A DNA stretch of 64,000 bases from an uncultured Candidatus Saccharibacteria bacterium. GTDB lineage: Bacteria; Patescibacteriota; WWE3; 2-01-FULL-39-13. The position numbers and the translations under genes were made by a program. The stretch lies in the NCBI GenBank assembly GCA_964370865.1, contig CAYJKF010000002.1, positions 20,719-84,718 of the forward strand, given 5' to 3'. Under the pieces are notes generated by a model, which did not search any database, was not told the DNA's origin, and saw only the letters and a program-made list of their open reading frames with translations. Below are positions 1 to 8,705 of the stretch, piece after piece. Each line of letters begins with the position of its first letter. Within the stretch, counting starts at the first letter, position 1.

Positions 1-1
1 G

Positions 2-154
2 GATCATGTGCCTGTTGTAACAAGAATTGTAGATAGAGGAAAATTAACATCAAAAACTGCTGATATCGGAGCTATGGAATTATATGGTCAGAGTGTAATC
101 GAAACTAGCCCATACACAGTGTTTAGTAAACTCCAAAACTCGCTAACGAAGTAA
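2..154 (+). CDS. 3' end of an upstream CDS (partial, ~50 codons, unknown product), stop TAA at 152-154
   Basis: Open frame from the window edge: ...GAMELYGQSVIETSPYTVFSKLQNSLTK*. Same strand and frame as the downstream gene. Confidence 0.3.
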   Translation, partial: DHVPVVTRIVDRGKLTSKTADIGAMELYGQSVIETSPYTVFSKLQNSLTK

Positions 155-175
155 AAATCTACTAGAATAGTTTTA

Positions 176-2713
176 ATGACATTTCCCGAGTATCTATTGC
201 GTTTTGTAGCATTTGATTTCCATTATAAGTACTTCCGATTGCTTTATAGGGTAATAGTAAAAGTAAGTCATAAATTCGGATTTGTACAAATGTTTAGAAG
301 TTTGTTCAAGCCACTTTTTGGTACACCAGGGTTAGGTTCTAGAATTCAGGGTCTGATAATAAGGTCTACAGCGATTTCTATTAGTCTCGTTATATTATTG
401 TTTGTAGCTATCTTTGGTATTTCGATTTACTTGTCTTTTTTTGCTCTTGTTTTTTACGCTTTTGAAACTAATTTAGCTCTGGGATTTTCCTATTTAGGAT
501 TAATCATATTGATTAAAATTTTGAATTACACCTACTATCCCATCCAGACGATAGTAAATTATGAACGATTGGATGAGTATGCTAACAGCGGAGATGTTAC
601 TCATCGTGCCTTCCTTCAAAAAATCCACGATTTGGAATATAAAGAAGCTTTAGATCAATTATTCACGAATAAGTATGTAGTTGATTTTCTATCCCGATCT
701 GAATTAGATGGAAATAAATTAAAAAAGTTTCTAGGTCAACAGATTAGTAATTATAAGTCTGCTGATTTTATGAATAAAATGGTTGAAATTAATCAAGAGG
801 TTAAATTTAATCACATTAAGCATCAACTATTTTTAGTGAGTTTAATTTTATTATGTGATGAAGATGAGCGATACTTGGCTTCACTTAATATAGACAGCAA
901 AACGCTGATAAAATATTTAAAATTTACAGCGTTCTATATCAAACATAGCCACTATATTTGGCAGGATGAATATCAACTTCCTCCTTCAGGTGGATTGGAT
1001 AAGGATTGGGCAGTTGGATATACAGGAGTATTAAATCGTTCCGGTACTGATTTAACAAAGCTTGCCCTAAAAGGCATGATGCCAAGATTAGTAGGAAGGA
1101 GTGATGTCAAGAATAATGTTATATCGGCACTTACGAAAAATTCCCGTAATAATGTTTTACTTATAGGTGAGCCCGGATGTGGGAAAACTACTTTCGTTAA
1201 AGCTTTATCTCGGGAGATTGCACTTGGTACCTCCATTCCAAAGCTAAAATACAAAAGAATATTTTCACTTGATATTGGATCCATAACTTCGGGGACACAA
1301 GGTGAAATTAATAATCGATTGGTGAAAATAGTTAAAGAATTAGAATCCTCAAAAAATGTAATTATTTTCATTGATGAGATACATTCGATTTCCTCCAACG
1401 CAAGTGAAGACCCTAATGCCGTTCCTATTTTCTCAGTTCTCGAGCCATATCTATCTGATGGAAGATTTCAGTTTATTGGTACCACCTCTAAGAAAAATTA
1501 TAATAAATATATTGCTCCTAATGGTTCATTTTCTAAAGCATTTGAAATCGTGGAAATGAGATCTGCAGATGAAATGGAAACATATGAAATTATGGTCGAT
1601 TCTATGAAGAAAATCGAGAGCAATTCATCCATAAAGATTTCATATTTAGCTTATGCAAATTCTTACACTTTTGCAGGAAGATATATAACAAATCGAGGCT
1701 ATCCCGATAGTGCAATTGAGCTTCTCAACCGCGCACTATCCATATTATCCAAACGAAACTCAATCATTACCGGTGAGGACATTGCCAACGTAGTTTCCAG
1801 TTTGTATAAAGTTCCAGTAAATGCAATTAATGACGATGAATCTGCCAAGCTCCTAAATATTGAAAGTGTTTTACATAAACGGGTTATTGGTCAAAATGCA
1901 GCAATTACAGCAATCTCAAACGCACTAAAGAGAGCTCGAGTACGGGTAAGAGATCAGCAAAAACCAGTTGCTAGCTTTTTATTTGCAGGTCCTACTGGAG
2001 TCGGTAAAACTGAAACCGCAAAAGCCTTAGCCGAATTATATTTCGGAAGTAATGATTATATGGTCCGAATCGATATGTCAGAATTTAATGATCCTCTTTC
2101 GGTAAATAGATTAATTGGTGATTCAAGAAATCCAGGGCAACTATCTACTGCAATTAAAGATCGGCCATACTCGCTCGTTCTACTAGACGAAATCGAAAAA
2201 TCTGCAAAAGAGGTTCAAAATTTATTTCTTCAAATACTTGACGATGGCAGATTAACTGATGGCGATGGTAATTTAATTAATTTTACGAATACTATAATCA
2301 TCGCTACTACAAACTCCGCTACAAAAGAGATAACGGCATCTCTAGCATCTAATCCTGATCAAACCGATATATCGGTTATGACACTTGACGTTTTGAAAAA
2401 ATATTTTCCGATGGAATTTCTAAATCGTTTTAATAACATAGTTCCATTTACTCCACTTAGTAGAGATGAGATTAAGCAAATTGTAAGGATAAAATTAGAC
2501 AAGCTAGAAGAAAGATTAGCAACAGAATATAAAATAAGAGTTACTTTTTCTGATACAGCAATTGAAGAGATTGCAAATGAGGGTTATTCTATTGAGTGGG
2601 GAGCTCGTCCAGTAAATAGAGTAATCGAAGATAAAGTTGAAACAAGCATTGCCCAAAAGATTATTCAGAAGGAACTAAAGCCTGGAGACTCCTATGAATT
2701 TACAAGTATATGA
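176..2713 (+). CDS. Class I Clp/Hsp100 ATPase (ClpC/ClpA-like, two AAA+ modules) with an N-terminal 2-TM membrane anchor
   Basis: Walker A GEPGCGKTT and Walker B IIFIDEIH (AAA1). GPTGVGKTE and LVLLDEIEKS (AAA2). Clp_N-like repeats after residue ~120. Hydrophobic segments at residues ~65-118. Short middle domain. Confidence 0.8.
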   Translation: MTFPEYLLRFVAFDFHYKYFRLLYRVIVKVSHKFGFVQMFRSLFKPLFGTPGLGSRIQGLIIRSTAISISLVILLFVAIFGISIYLSFFALVFYAFETNLALGFSYLGLIILIKILNYTYYPIQTIVNYERLDEYANSGDVTHRAFLQKIHDLEYKEALDQLFTNKYVVDFLSRSELDGNKLKKFLGQQISNYKSADFMNKMVEINQEVKFNHIKHQLFLVSLILLCDEDERYLASLNIDSKTLIKYLKFTAFYIKHSHYIWQDEYQLPPSGGLDKDWAVGYTGVLNRSGTDLTKLALKGMMPRLVGRSDVKNNVISALTKNSRNNVLLIGEPGCGKTTFVKALSREIALGTSIPKLKYKRIFSLDIGSITSGTQGEINNRLVKIVKELESSKNVIIFIDEIHSISSNASEDPNAVPIFSVLEPYLSDGRFQFIGTTSKKNYNKYIAPNGSFSKAFEIVEMRSADEMETYEIMVDSMKKIESNSSIKISYLAYANSYTFAGRYITNRGYPDSAIELLNRALSILSKRNSIITGEDIANVVSSLYKVPVNAINDDESAKLLNIESVLHKRVIGQNAAITAISNALKRARVRVRDQQKPVASFLFAGPTGVGKTETAKALAELYFGSNDYMVRIDMSEFNDPLSVNRLIGDSRNPGQLSTAIKDRPYSLVLLDEIEKSAKEVQNLFLQILDDGRLTDGDGNLINFTNTIIIATTNSATKEITASLASNPDQTDISVMTLDVLKKYFPMEFLNRFNNIVPFTPLSRDEIKQIVRIKLDKLEERLATEYKIRVTFSDTAIEEIANEGYSIEWGARPVNRVIEDKVETSIAQKIIQKELKPGDSYEFTSI

Positions 2714-3714
2714 ATCTAATAGATCGATCTAATCAAATCCTAGCGAGTCTAAATAAAGGGGCTGTTGTTGAAGAACTTAATGCAATTGAGGCGCAAATGA
2801 ATACTGATGGGTTTTGGGCTGACATTAAGTCTTCTTCCAAAATATCCCAACAATACACAACACTCAAAAAGAAACTTGATTCAATTGAATTATTAGAGCT
2901 AGCTGTTGCTTCGAAAGATGAAAAGCTTCTTACTGAATTAGTCGAGAATAATGAAGAGAATTTATATTTATCTGGTCCATACGATAAGAATAACTGCTAT
3001 CTTTCAGTGTACGCAGGAGCAGGAGGAACAGAAGCTCTAGATTGGGCTGAGATGTTACTTCGTATGTACATGAGATATGCAGAGAGAAAGGGATGGGAAG
3101 TTAATCTAATAGACAAAACAGATGGAGATGAGGCGGGTATCAAGACTGCTACTATCAAAATCGACGGGGAAAACCTTTACGGTTTTCTTAAATCCGAGAA
3201 TGGAACACACAGACTAGTTAGACAATCACCATTTAATGCCCAGAATCTACGTCAGACATCTTTTGCTGGAGTAGAGGTAATACCTGAAATTGAAGATTCT
3301 GGTGACATTATAATAAAAGATGAGGATTTACAATTTACAACGATGAGGGCCGGTGGAGCTGGGGGACAGCATGTAAATAAAAATGAAACGGCTGTTCGAA
3401 TAAAACATATTCCAACCGGAGTTGTTGTTGCAAGCCAGCAAGAAAGAAGTCAACTTAAAAACAGAGAGACGGCAATGCGTATGCTTATGTCCAAACTTAT
3501 TAAATTAGAGACTGATAAATTGGAACAAGAGAAAAAGAATGTAAAAGGTGAACACAAAACAGCTGGGTGGGGTAATCAAGTTAGGTCTTACGTTTTGCAG
3601 CCATACAAATTAGTTAAGGATCACCGTACAGAGGTTGAGTCAACAAACCCAGATGATGTACTTGACGGTAATTTAGATCAATTCATAAGGGCTGGTTTGA
3701 AGCTAGGTAATTAG
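2710..3714 (+). CDS. prfB: Peptide chain release factor 2
   Basis: SPF tripeptide (RQSPFNAQ), GGQ motif (AGGAGGQHVNK), length 334 aa. ATGA overlap with the upstream stop. No CTT-TGA frameshift site, so encoded in a single frame. Confidence 0.9.
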   Translation: MNLIDRSNQILASLNKGAVVEELNAIEAQMNTDGFWADIKSSSKISQQYTTLKKKLDSIELLELAVASKDEKLLTELVENNEENLYLSGPYDKNNCYLSVYAGAGGTEALDWAEMLLRMYMRYAERKGWEVNLIDKTDGDEAGIKTATIKIDGENLYGFLKSENGTHRLVRQSPFNAQNLRQTSFAGVEVIPEIEDSGDIIIKDEDLQFTTMRAGGAGGQHVNKNETAVRIKHIPTGVVVASQQERSQLKNRETAMRMLMSKLIKLETDKLEQEKKNVKGEHKTAGWGNQVRSYVLQPYKLVKDHRTEVESTNPDDVLDGNLDQFIRAGLKLGN

Positions 3715-3740
3715 TTTATCTGTTATAATAGTTATTGTTA

Positions 3741-4244
3741 ATGGAACCTGCTCGATCAAACGGAAAAACTGAAAATCCGTTGGATGATAATGCCATTCAA
3801 GCACTGGAAAAAGCTTTCCAGCAAGATATCACCAACCCTATAGAAGACACTCATAATTCGGGACTCAAAGTTGTCTCCGTTGTCATTGTATTGATATTAA
3901 TTAGTGGAATCGGAATACTATATTTAAGTAGCACTTTATCAAACAAGGATCAATTGTCGGGGAGTAATATTATTCCAGTTTCAGATAACGCTGTTGTTAG
4001 ATTAGGTAGTTCGAATAAAGAAATTAAGGATATCTATGGAAAAGTTTTTACGGTAAAGGACCAAAACGTTGATTTCAGATACGAATTGGTAAAGCTAAGT
4101 GGCGAGAAAATGGGATATCTTACTTCTGAAAAACTTGATTTGTCATTAGTTGAAGGAATGACAGTGTATGTTGATGGAAAGATCGACAAGATGATAAATG
4201 ATATTCCTGTTATAGTTGTAGAGTCAATAGAGTTTAGTAACTGA
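3741..4244 (+). CDS. Single-pass membrane protein with a ~110 aa extracytoplasmic domain (hypothetical). The ORF track begins at a TTG at 3735.
   Basis: One hydrophobic helix (VVSVVIVLILISGIGILYL). Sits between prfB and ftsE. Confidence 0.5.
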   Translation: MEPARSNGKTENPLDDNAIQALEKAFQQDITNPIEDTHNSGLKVVSVVIVLILISGIGILYLSSTLSNKDQLSGSNIIPVSDNAVVRLGSSNKEIKDIYGKVFTVKDQNVDFRYELVKLSGEKMGYLTSEKLDLSLVEGMTVYVDGKIDKMINDIPVIVVESIEFSN

Positions 4245-4245
4245 C

Positions 4246-4938
4246 ATGCCAGATAAAATCATTGAATTTAAAAATGTAACAAAGATTTATGACGATGGAA
4301 CTACGGGTTTGGATAATGTCGATTTATCTATTGATAAGGGTGAATTTATTTTTTTAATAGGTGCATCTGGTGCTGGTAAAACGACTCTAATGGAGCACAT
4401 TGTCAGAGAGGAAATCCCAACGAGCGGTAATATTACAATTGATGGGATAGATTTAGGCAGTATTAAGAAAAAAGATATTCCAACATTACGTCGCAAAGTT
4501 GGATTTATATATCAGGATTTTAAATTACTGGGATCAAAAAACGCATTTGAGAATATTGCATTTACATTAGAGGTGGCCGATAAAACCGACGAGGAAATTA
4601 ATAAATTAGTTCCGAATTTACTACATCTTGTTGGATTAAGTGGAGCTGAGAAGAAATTTCCAAATCAACTTTCAGGTGGAGAAAAGCAGAGGCTAGCAAT
4701 TGCTAGAGCACTAGCAAGTGAACCTCAAATAATACTTGCAGATGAGCCAACGGGAAATCTAGATAGAAGTTCGTTATGGATTGTCGTTGATTTAATAAAT
4801 AAAATTAATGAATGGGGGACAACAATTATTTTTGGAACACACGATTATGAAATTGTTAATACATTAAAGAAACGTGTTGTACATCTCGATAAAGGAAAAA
4901 TAATTTCAGATAAAAAGGAGGCTAAATACGATGATTAG
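4246..4938 (+). CDS. ftsE: Cell-division ABC transporter ATP-binding protein FtsE
   Basis: Walker A GASGAGKTT, ABC signature LSGGEKQR, Walker B ILADEPTGNLD, 230 aa, immediately upstream of ftsX. Confidence 0.9.
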   Translation: MPDKIIEFKNVTKIYDDGTTGLDNVDLSIDKGEFIFLIGASGAGKTTLMEHIVREEIPTSGNITIDGIDLGSIKKKDIPTLRRKVGFIYQDFKLLGSKNAFENIAFTLEVADKTDEEINKLVPNLLHLVGLSGAEKKFPNQLSGGEKQRLAIARALASEPQIILADEPTGNLDRSSLWIVVDLINKINEWGTTIIFGTHDYEIVNTLKKRVVHLDKGKIISDKKEAKYDD

Positions 4939-5809
4939 TAGAGTTTTTAAAAAAGCCTTCGCAAATGTTACTAGGAGTGGGTGGAGAGCATTTATGATTA
5001 CTTTTATGATGACAATAACCTATACCATGTTAGGTTTATTGTTATTAGTACTTTTTTTCTCAACTCAGCTCGCGAGGTTCTTCGTTGAGAAGCCTGAGAT
5101 AATAGGTTTTTTTAATGATGGTGTAGAAGAGAAGAGGATTTTAGAGATTAAAAATGAACTTGAAAACAAACCTTTTGTCGTTGAGGTTTCATATATATCT
5201 AAAGAAGAAGCATTGGAATCATTCATTGAAGAAAATAAGGATAATCAGGAAGTACTAGAGAATTTGACTGTGAATCCTTTTCCTGCGCATTTAAACGTAA
5301 AAGTTGATTCACTAGACAGAATTGAAGAAATCGCAAACTACTTTAGTAATAATGATCAAATTTCTGACGTAATAGACTCACTCGGAGTAGTTGATACATT
5401 AAGAAAAATCGTCACAGGTATACAGATATTTGGAATAGGTTTGCTTGTTATATTCTCATTCGCAACATTTATGTTGGTATTTTTGGCAATTGGTTTGACG
5501 ATTTATTCGCAGAGGGATGAATTGCGAGTTATGAAATTAGTCGGGGCATCGAATTGGTATACCAGAGGGCCGTATATTGTTCAAAGTTTACTATATGGAA
5601 TAGTATCGTCATTGATTGCTTGTTTAATTGTTGGAGCTTTTATATATTTCCAATACAACAATGTTGTATCATCATTGCTTGGGGCACTAGAAGTAAAAGG
5701 GATTAGTTTGCAAGATATTATAATCGGTTTTAGTATTCAGATAGCATTTGCTGTATTCCTCTCCTGGTTAAGTAGCTATATTGCCACCAAGCGATATATT
5801 TCATACTAA
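4931..5809 (+). CDS. ftsX: Cell-division ABC transporter permease-like protein FtsX
   Basis: 292 aa, N-terminal TM, periplasmic domain, 3 C-terminal TMs, MKLVGASNWYTRGPYIV motif. Overlaps ftsE by 8 nt. Confidence 0.85.
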   Translation: MISRVFKKAFANVTRSGWRAFMITFMMTITYTMLGLLLLVLFFSTQLARFFVEKPEIIGFFNDGVEEKRILEIKNELENKPFVVEVSYISKEEALESFIEENKDNQEVLENLTVNPFPAHLNVKVDSLDRIEEIANYFSNNDQISDVIDSLGVVDTLRKIVTGIQIFGIGLLVIFSFATFMLVFLAIGLTIYSQRDELRVMKLVGASNWYTRGPYIVQSLLYGIVSSLIACLIVGAFIYFQYNNVVSSLLGALEVKGISLQDIIIGFSIQIAFAVFLSWLSSYIATKRYISY

Positions 5810-5811
5810 AT

Positions 5812-7092
5812 ATGATGTTAGGCAAATTAATAAAAAGAGAATACATCAGAGCTTTAGTCATCCTCGTATTAATAATTTCAGTTGGGTTTATTGCATTGCA
5901 TATAAATTATGTTTTTGCCCAAACAACAGGCACTGGTTCAACCTCACTCGAACAACAAATCAAAGATTTAGAAAAAAAAATTGATAACACAAAAAATCAG
6001 GCACAAAGTTTATCTAAAGAAATATCAACACTACAAAATAATATTGATTTAAAAACAGTACAAATTAAGCAAGCTGAATACGAGATCGATAGGAAACAAA
6101 AAGAATTAGGAATCCTGAATGAGGATATAAAACTTATGGAAATTAGATTGGATAGGCTAGATGAAAGAATTTTGTACCACGAAGATCTATTATCAGAGAG
6201 AATTAAGCAGCAATATATAGATAAGAAGCATAGTATGCTAGAAGTCTTAATAGATTCCGATGGTTTTGGTGGCTTTTTCGCAAAGCTTAATTACTTGGAT
6301 CGAATACAGGCTGAAGACAAAGTATTAATAGATAAAATGTCTTCAACAAAAGGCAATTATGAAGATCAACAAGAACTTTTAGAAGATAAGAAAAATGAAG
6401 TGGAAGAAATCAAAAAACAGATTGAAAGTCAAAAAGCACAGGCTGAAAGTTTTAAAGTTAGCTTAGAGTCTCAGAAGAGCGAAAAAGATAGTTTGCTGAG
6501 TAAAACTAAGAATAATGAGAAAATTTACCAAGATTTATTGGAGGATGCAAAAAGAGAATTATCCCAAATTCAAAATGCTGCTTCAACAGTTATTAGGACA
6601 GGTGAAGGTGAAAAAGTTAAAAAAGGCGAAGTCATTGGTACAATGGGAAACAGCGGATTTTCAAGCGGTGCACATTTACATTTTAGTGTTTATAAATATT
6701 CGAGAGACGATTTCGAGGATCAATCTAGATGGGGATGGTATTACAGCAATTATACCGATCCAATTAACTACTTGAAGTCAAAAACAGTAAGATGGGGAAC
6801 TGGATGTTATAGGGATCCTAGTGGTGATGTAAAAACTGGCAAAGGGAGTTTTGAATGGCCGATGTCTAACCCACGAATTACCCAAAATTCTGGTACTAAA
6901 ACCTGCTATAACTGGATGTATGGGGGTAAGGCACACCCTGCCTTGGATATGGTTGGAATGGGTGATATTTCAGTAAAATCTGTTGCCGATGGTGAAGCAT
7001 ATTTTTGTCGCAACTGTTTAGGAGATGGTGGTAATGGAGTATTTATATTCCATGATAAAGATTTGATGTCGGTTTATTGGCATTTAAGATAG
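5812..7092 (+). CDS. EnvC-like coiled-coil M23-family peptidase (FtsEX partner) with apparently permuted M23 segments
   Basis: Signal anchor, ~200 aa coiled coil (heptad-rich K/E/Q). GNSGFSSGAHLHF (M23 HxH block), then a C-terminal HPALD ... GNGVFIFH ... YWHL block. Confidence 0.8.
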   Translation: MMLGKLIKREYIRALVILVLIISVGFIALHINYVFAQTTGTGSTSLEQQIKDLEKKIDNTKNQAQSLSKEISTLQNNIDLKTVQIKQAEYEIDRKQKELGILNEDIKLMEIRLDRLDERILYHEDLLSERIKQQYIDKKHSMLEVLIDSDGFGGFFAKLNYLDRIQAEDKVLIDKMSSTKGNYEDQQELLEDKKNEVEEIKKQIESQKAQAESFKVSLESQKSEKDSLLSKTKNNEKIYQDLLEDAKRELSQIQNAASTVIRTGEGEKVKKGEVIGTMGNSGFSSGAHLHFSVYKYSRDDFEDQSRWGWYYSNYTDPINYLKSKTVRWGTGCYRDPSGDVKTGKGSFEWPMSNPRITQNSGTKTCYNWMYGGKAHPALDMVGMGDISVKSVADGEAYFCRNCLGDGGNGVFIFHDKDLMSVYWHLR

Positions 7093-7134
7093 TATAGTAA
7101 TTGATTTTTCCTGAATTACAACTAAAATATAGCC

Positions 7135-7434
7135 ATGAAGTTTTTCGTTAAATCCTATGTACTCTTTCACATTAGGATTGCGAAACGCACTTTATTTGGT
7201 ATTGACGCGCGTGTAATAGTTAATTTATTAATTCTGTTTCTAATTCTACTATTTATTTCGCAGATATTTTTTGCTGAAAATACATGGAAATTAATTGAAA
7301 ATGTATTTTTTCTTGCTTTAGTCGTAATAAACGCATATTTTTGGGTGTTGGCTTGGCCAGAAGCAGATATTTATATAAAACGTGCCAAAGAGCTTGAAAT
7401 AATGCATACTAAATATAAACTAGAAAAGGAATAG
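7135..7434 (+). CDS. Small membrane protein (hypothetical, 99 aa)
   Basis: Two hydrophobic helices, compact spacing to neighbours. Confidence 0.4.
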   Translation: MKFFVKSYVLFHIRIAKRTLFGIDARVIVNLLILFLILLFISQIFFAENTWKLIENVFFLALVVINAYFWVLAWPEADIYIKRAKELEIMHTKYKLEKE

Positions 7435-7435
7435 T

Positions 7436-8407
7436 ATGTATAAAAATTTATTTTTGCCCAATCCAATTGATAAAAAGCGGCCCAAATTGATTCAGCCAAA
7501 ATTTTTGGTTGGATATATGCTATTTTTAGCGCTATTTGTAGGTGGGTCGTCATTTATGGTTATCCAAAATCCTGATATTTTGGGTTATGCAACCAATATT
7601 AATACCTCTGAGTTACTTTCATTTACCAACAAAGTTAGAAATAATAACGGGTTAGATTCTTTAAAACTAAATTCACTTTTATCAAAGGCGGCAGAAAATA
7701 AAGCTAAGCATATGTTTGCTAATAATTATTGGGCTCATACCGCACCTGATGGAACCGAGCCATGGGATTTTATAATTTCTTCTGGTTATGGATACACATA
7801 TGCTGGTGAAAATTTGGCTGTTGATTTTTCTGACTCTGATGACGTTGTAAACGCTTGGGTTAAATCTCCCACTCATAAAGACAATCTGCTGAATAAAAAT
7901 TATACAGAAATAGGTTTTGCAGTTGTCGATGGTGAACTAGAAGGTAGAAAAACTACTTTAGTAGTACAAATGTTTGGAAAACCTAGATATACTCAACCAG
8001 CAGTAGCTGTAGCTGACGATCAAACTTCAAAAGTTGAAACTGTTATCAGTGATGATGAAATAACTAAAAGAATAGCAGAGAATCCCTCTCAACCAGTAAC
8101 CGTTAATACAGAAGCGAACCCAAATCCAACAACAGTGACCGAGGATATCGCTTATAAATTAGCATTTGATGAACCTGCAGTGGCTGACGGAAATGGTAGT
8201 GTTTTAAATGCTAACGATATATTTAATGTTTCTAAATATATTGCCTTAATACTTGGTTTATTTGTGACACTAACATTTGCAATTGATGGATACGCGGTAC
8301 GTAAAGCAGGCCTGCTTAGGGTGACTGGTCACACTATATTACACATAGGATTTTTAATACTCGTAATCGCTGGAATCTGGTATACAAACATTGGTTTAGT
8401 GCTATGA
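7436..8407 (+). CDS. CAP/SCP/PR-1-like domain protein with an N-terminal TM, a T/P/V-rich linker and C-terminal TM helices
   Basis: NYWAHTAPDGTEPWDFI ... YAGENLA ... AWVKSPTHKDNLL (CAP-domain motifs). Linker NPSQPVTVNTEANPNPTTVTED. Confidence 0.7.
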   Translation: MYKNLFLPNPIDKKRPKLIQPKFLVGYMLFLALFVGGSSFMVIQNPDILGYATNINTSELLSFTNKVRNNNGLDSLKLNSLLSKAAENKAKHMFANNYWAHTAPDGTEPWDFIISSGYGYTYAGENLAVDFSDSDDVVNAWVKSPTHKDNLLNKNYTEIGFAVVDGELEGRKTTLVVQMFGKPRYTQPAVAVADDQTSKVETVISDDEITKRIAENPSQPVTVNTEANPNPTTVTEDIAYKLAFDEPAVADGNGSVLNANDIFNVSKYIALILGLFVTLTFAIDGYAVRKAGLLRVTGHTILHIGFLILVIAGIWYTNIGLVL

Positions 8408-8414
8408 TGAAAAT

Positions 8415-8696
8415 ATGAAAAAGTGGCTCACAGAGCATAAAATCTTAGAAATTTTCCAATATTTTTTGTTAATTGTTGTAGTGTCTGTTTCGGCTGTCCT
8501 TTTTGCTAACGTGTCTAGTAATCTCATAAGATTTTTCATTATTTTCTTTGACGGAATATTTTACGTTATTTGGGGATTATGGCATCATCATCACAAAGAG
8601 CGAATAGATAAATATGTGTTTTACGAATATTTATTGGTTTCGATTTTTGTAGTTTTTCTTTCTGCCATTGGTCTTGGAGTTATCCGCTTTTTTTAG
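8415..8696 (+). CDS. Small membrane protein (hypothetical, 93 aa, His4 cluster)
   Basis: Three hydrophobic helices, WHHHHKER loop. Confidence 0.4.
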   Translation: MKKWLTEHKILEIFQYFLLIVVVSVSAVLFANVSSNLIRFFIIFFDGIFYVIWGLWHHHHKERIDKYVFYEYLLVSIFVVFLSAIGLGVIRFF

Positions 8697-8705
8697 AACT
8701 TCGAT

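Noticed and set aside
973-1559. Small ORFs (141 aa minus strand, 62 aa plus strand) overlapping the Clp ATPase gene
   Set aside because: They lie fully inside a long, motif-rich CDS, antisense or out of frame. Their composition is low-complexity, typical of shadow ORFs in AT-rich DNA.
2700-2800. Looked for the programmed +1 frameshift site (CTT TGA C) of prfB
   Set aside because: It is not present. RF2 reads through in one frame from the ATG at 2710, so no frameshift feature was annotated.
5781-6775. ORFs 5781-5984 and 6515-6775 in alternative frames
   Set aside because: Embedded within the ftsX end and the EnvC-like coiled-coil coding sequence. They have no independent signals.
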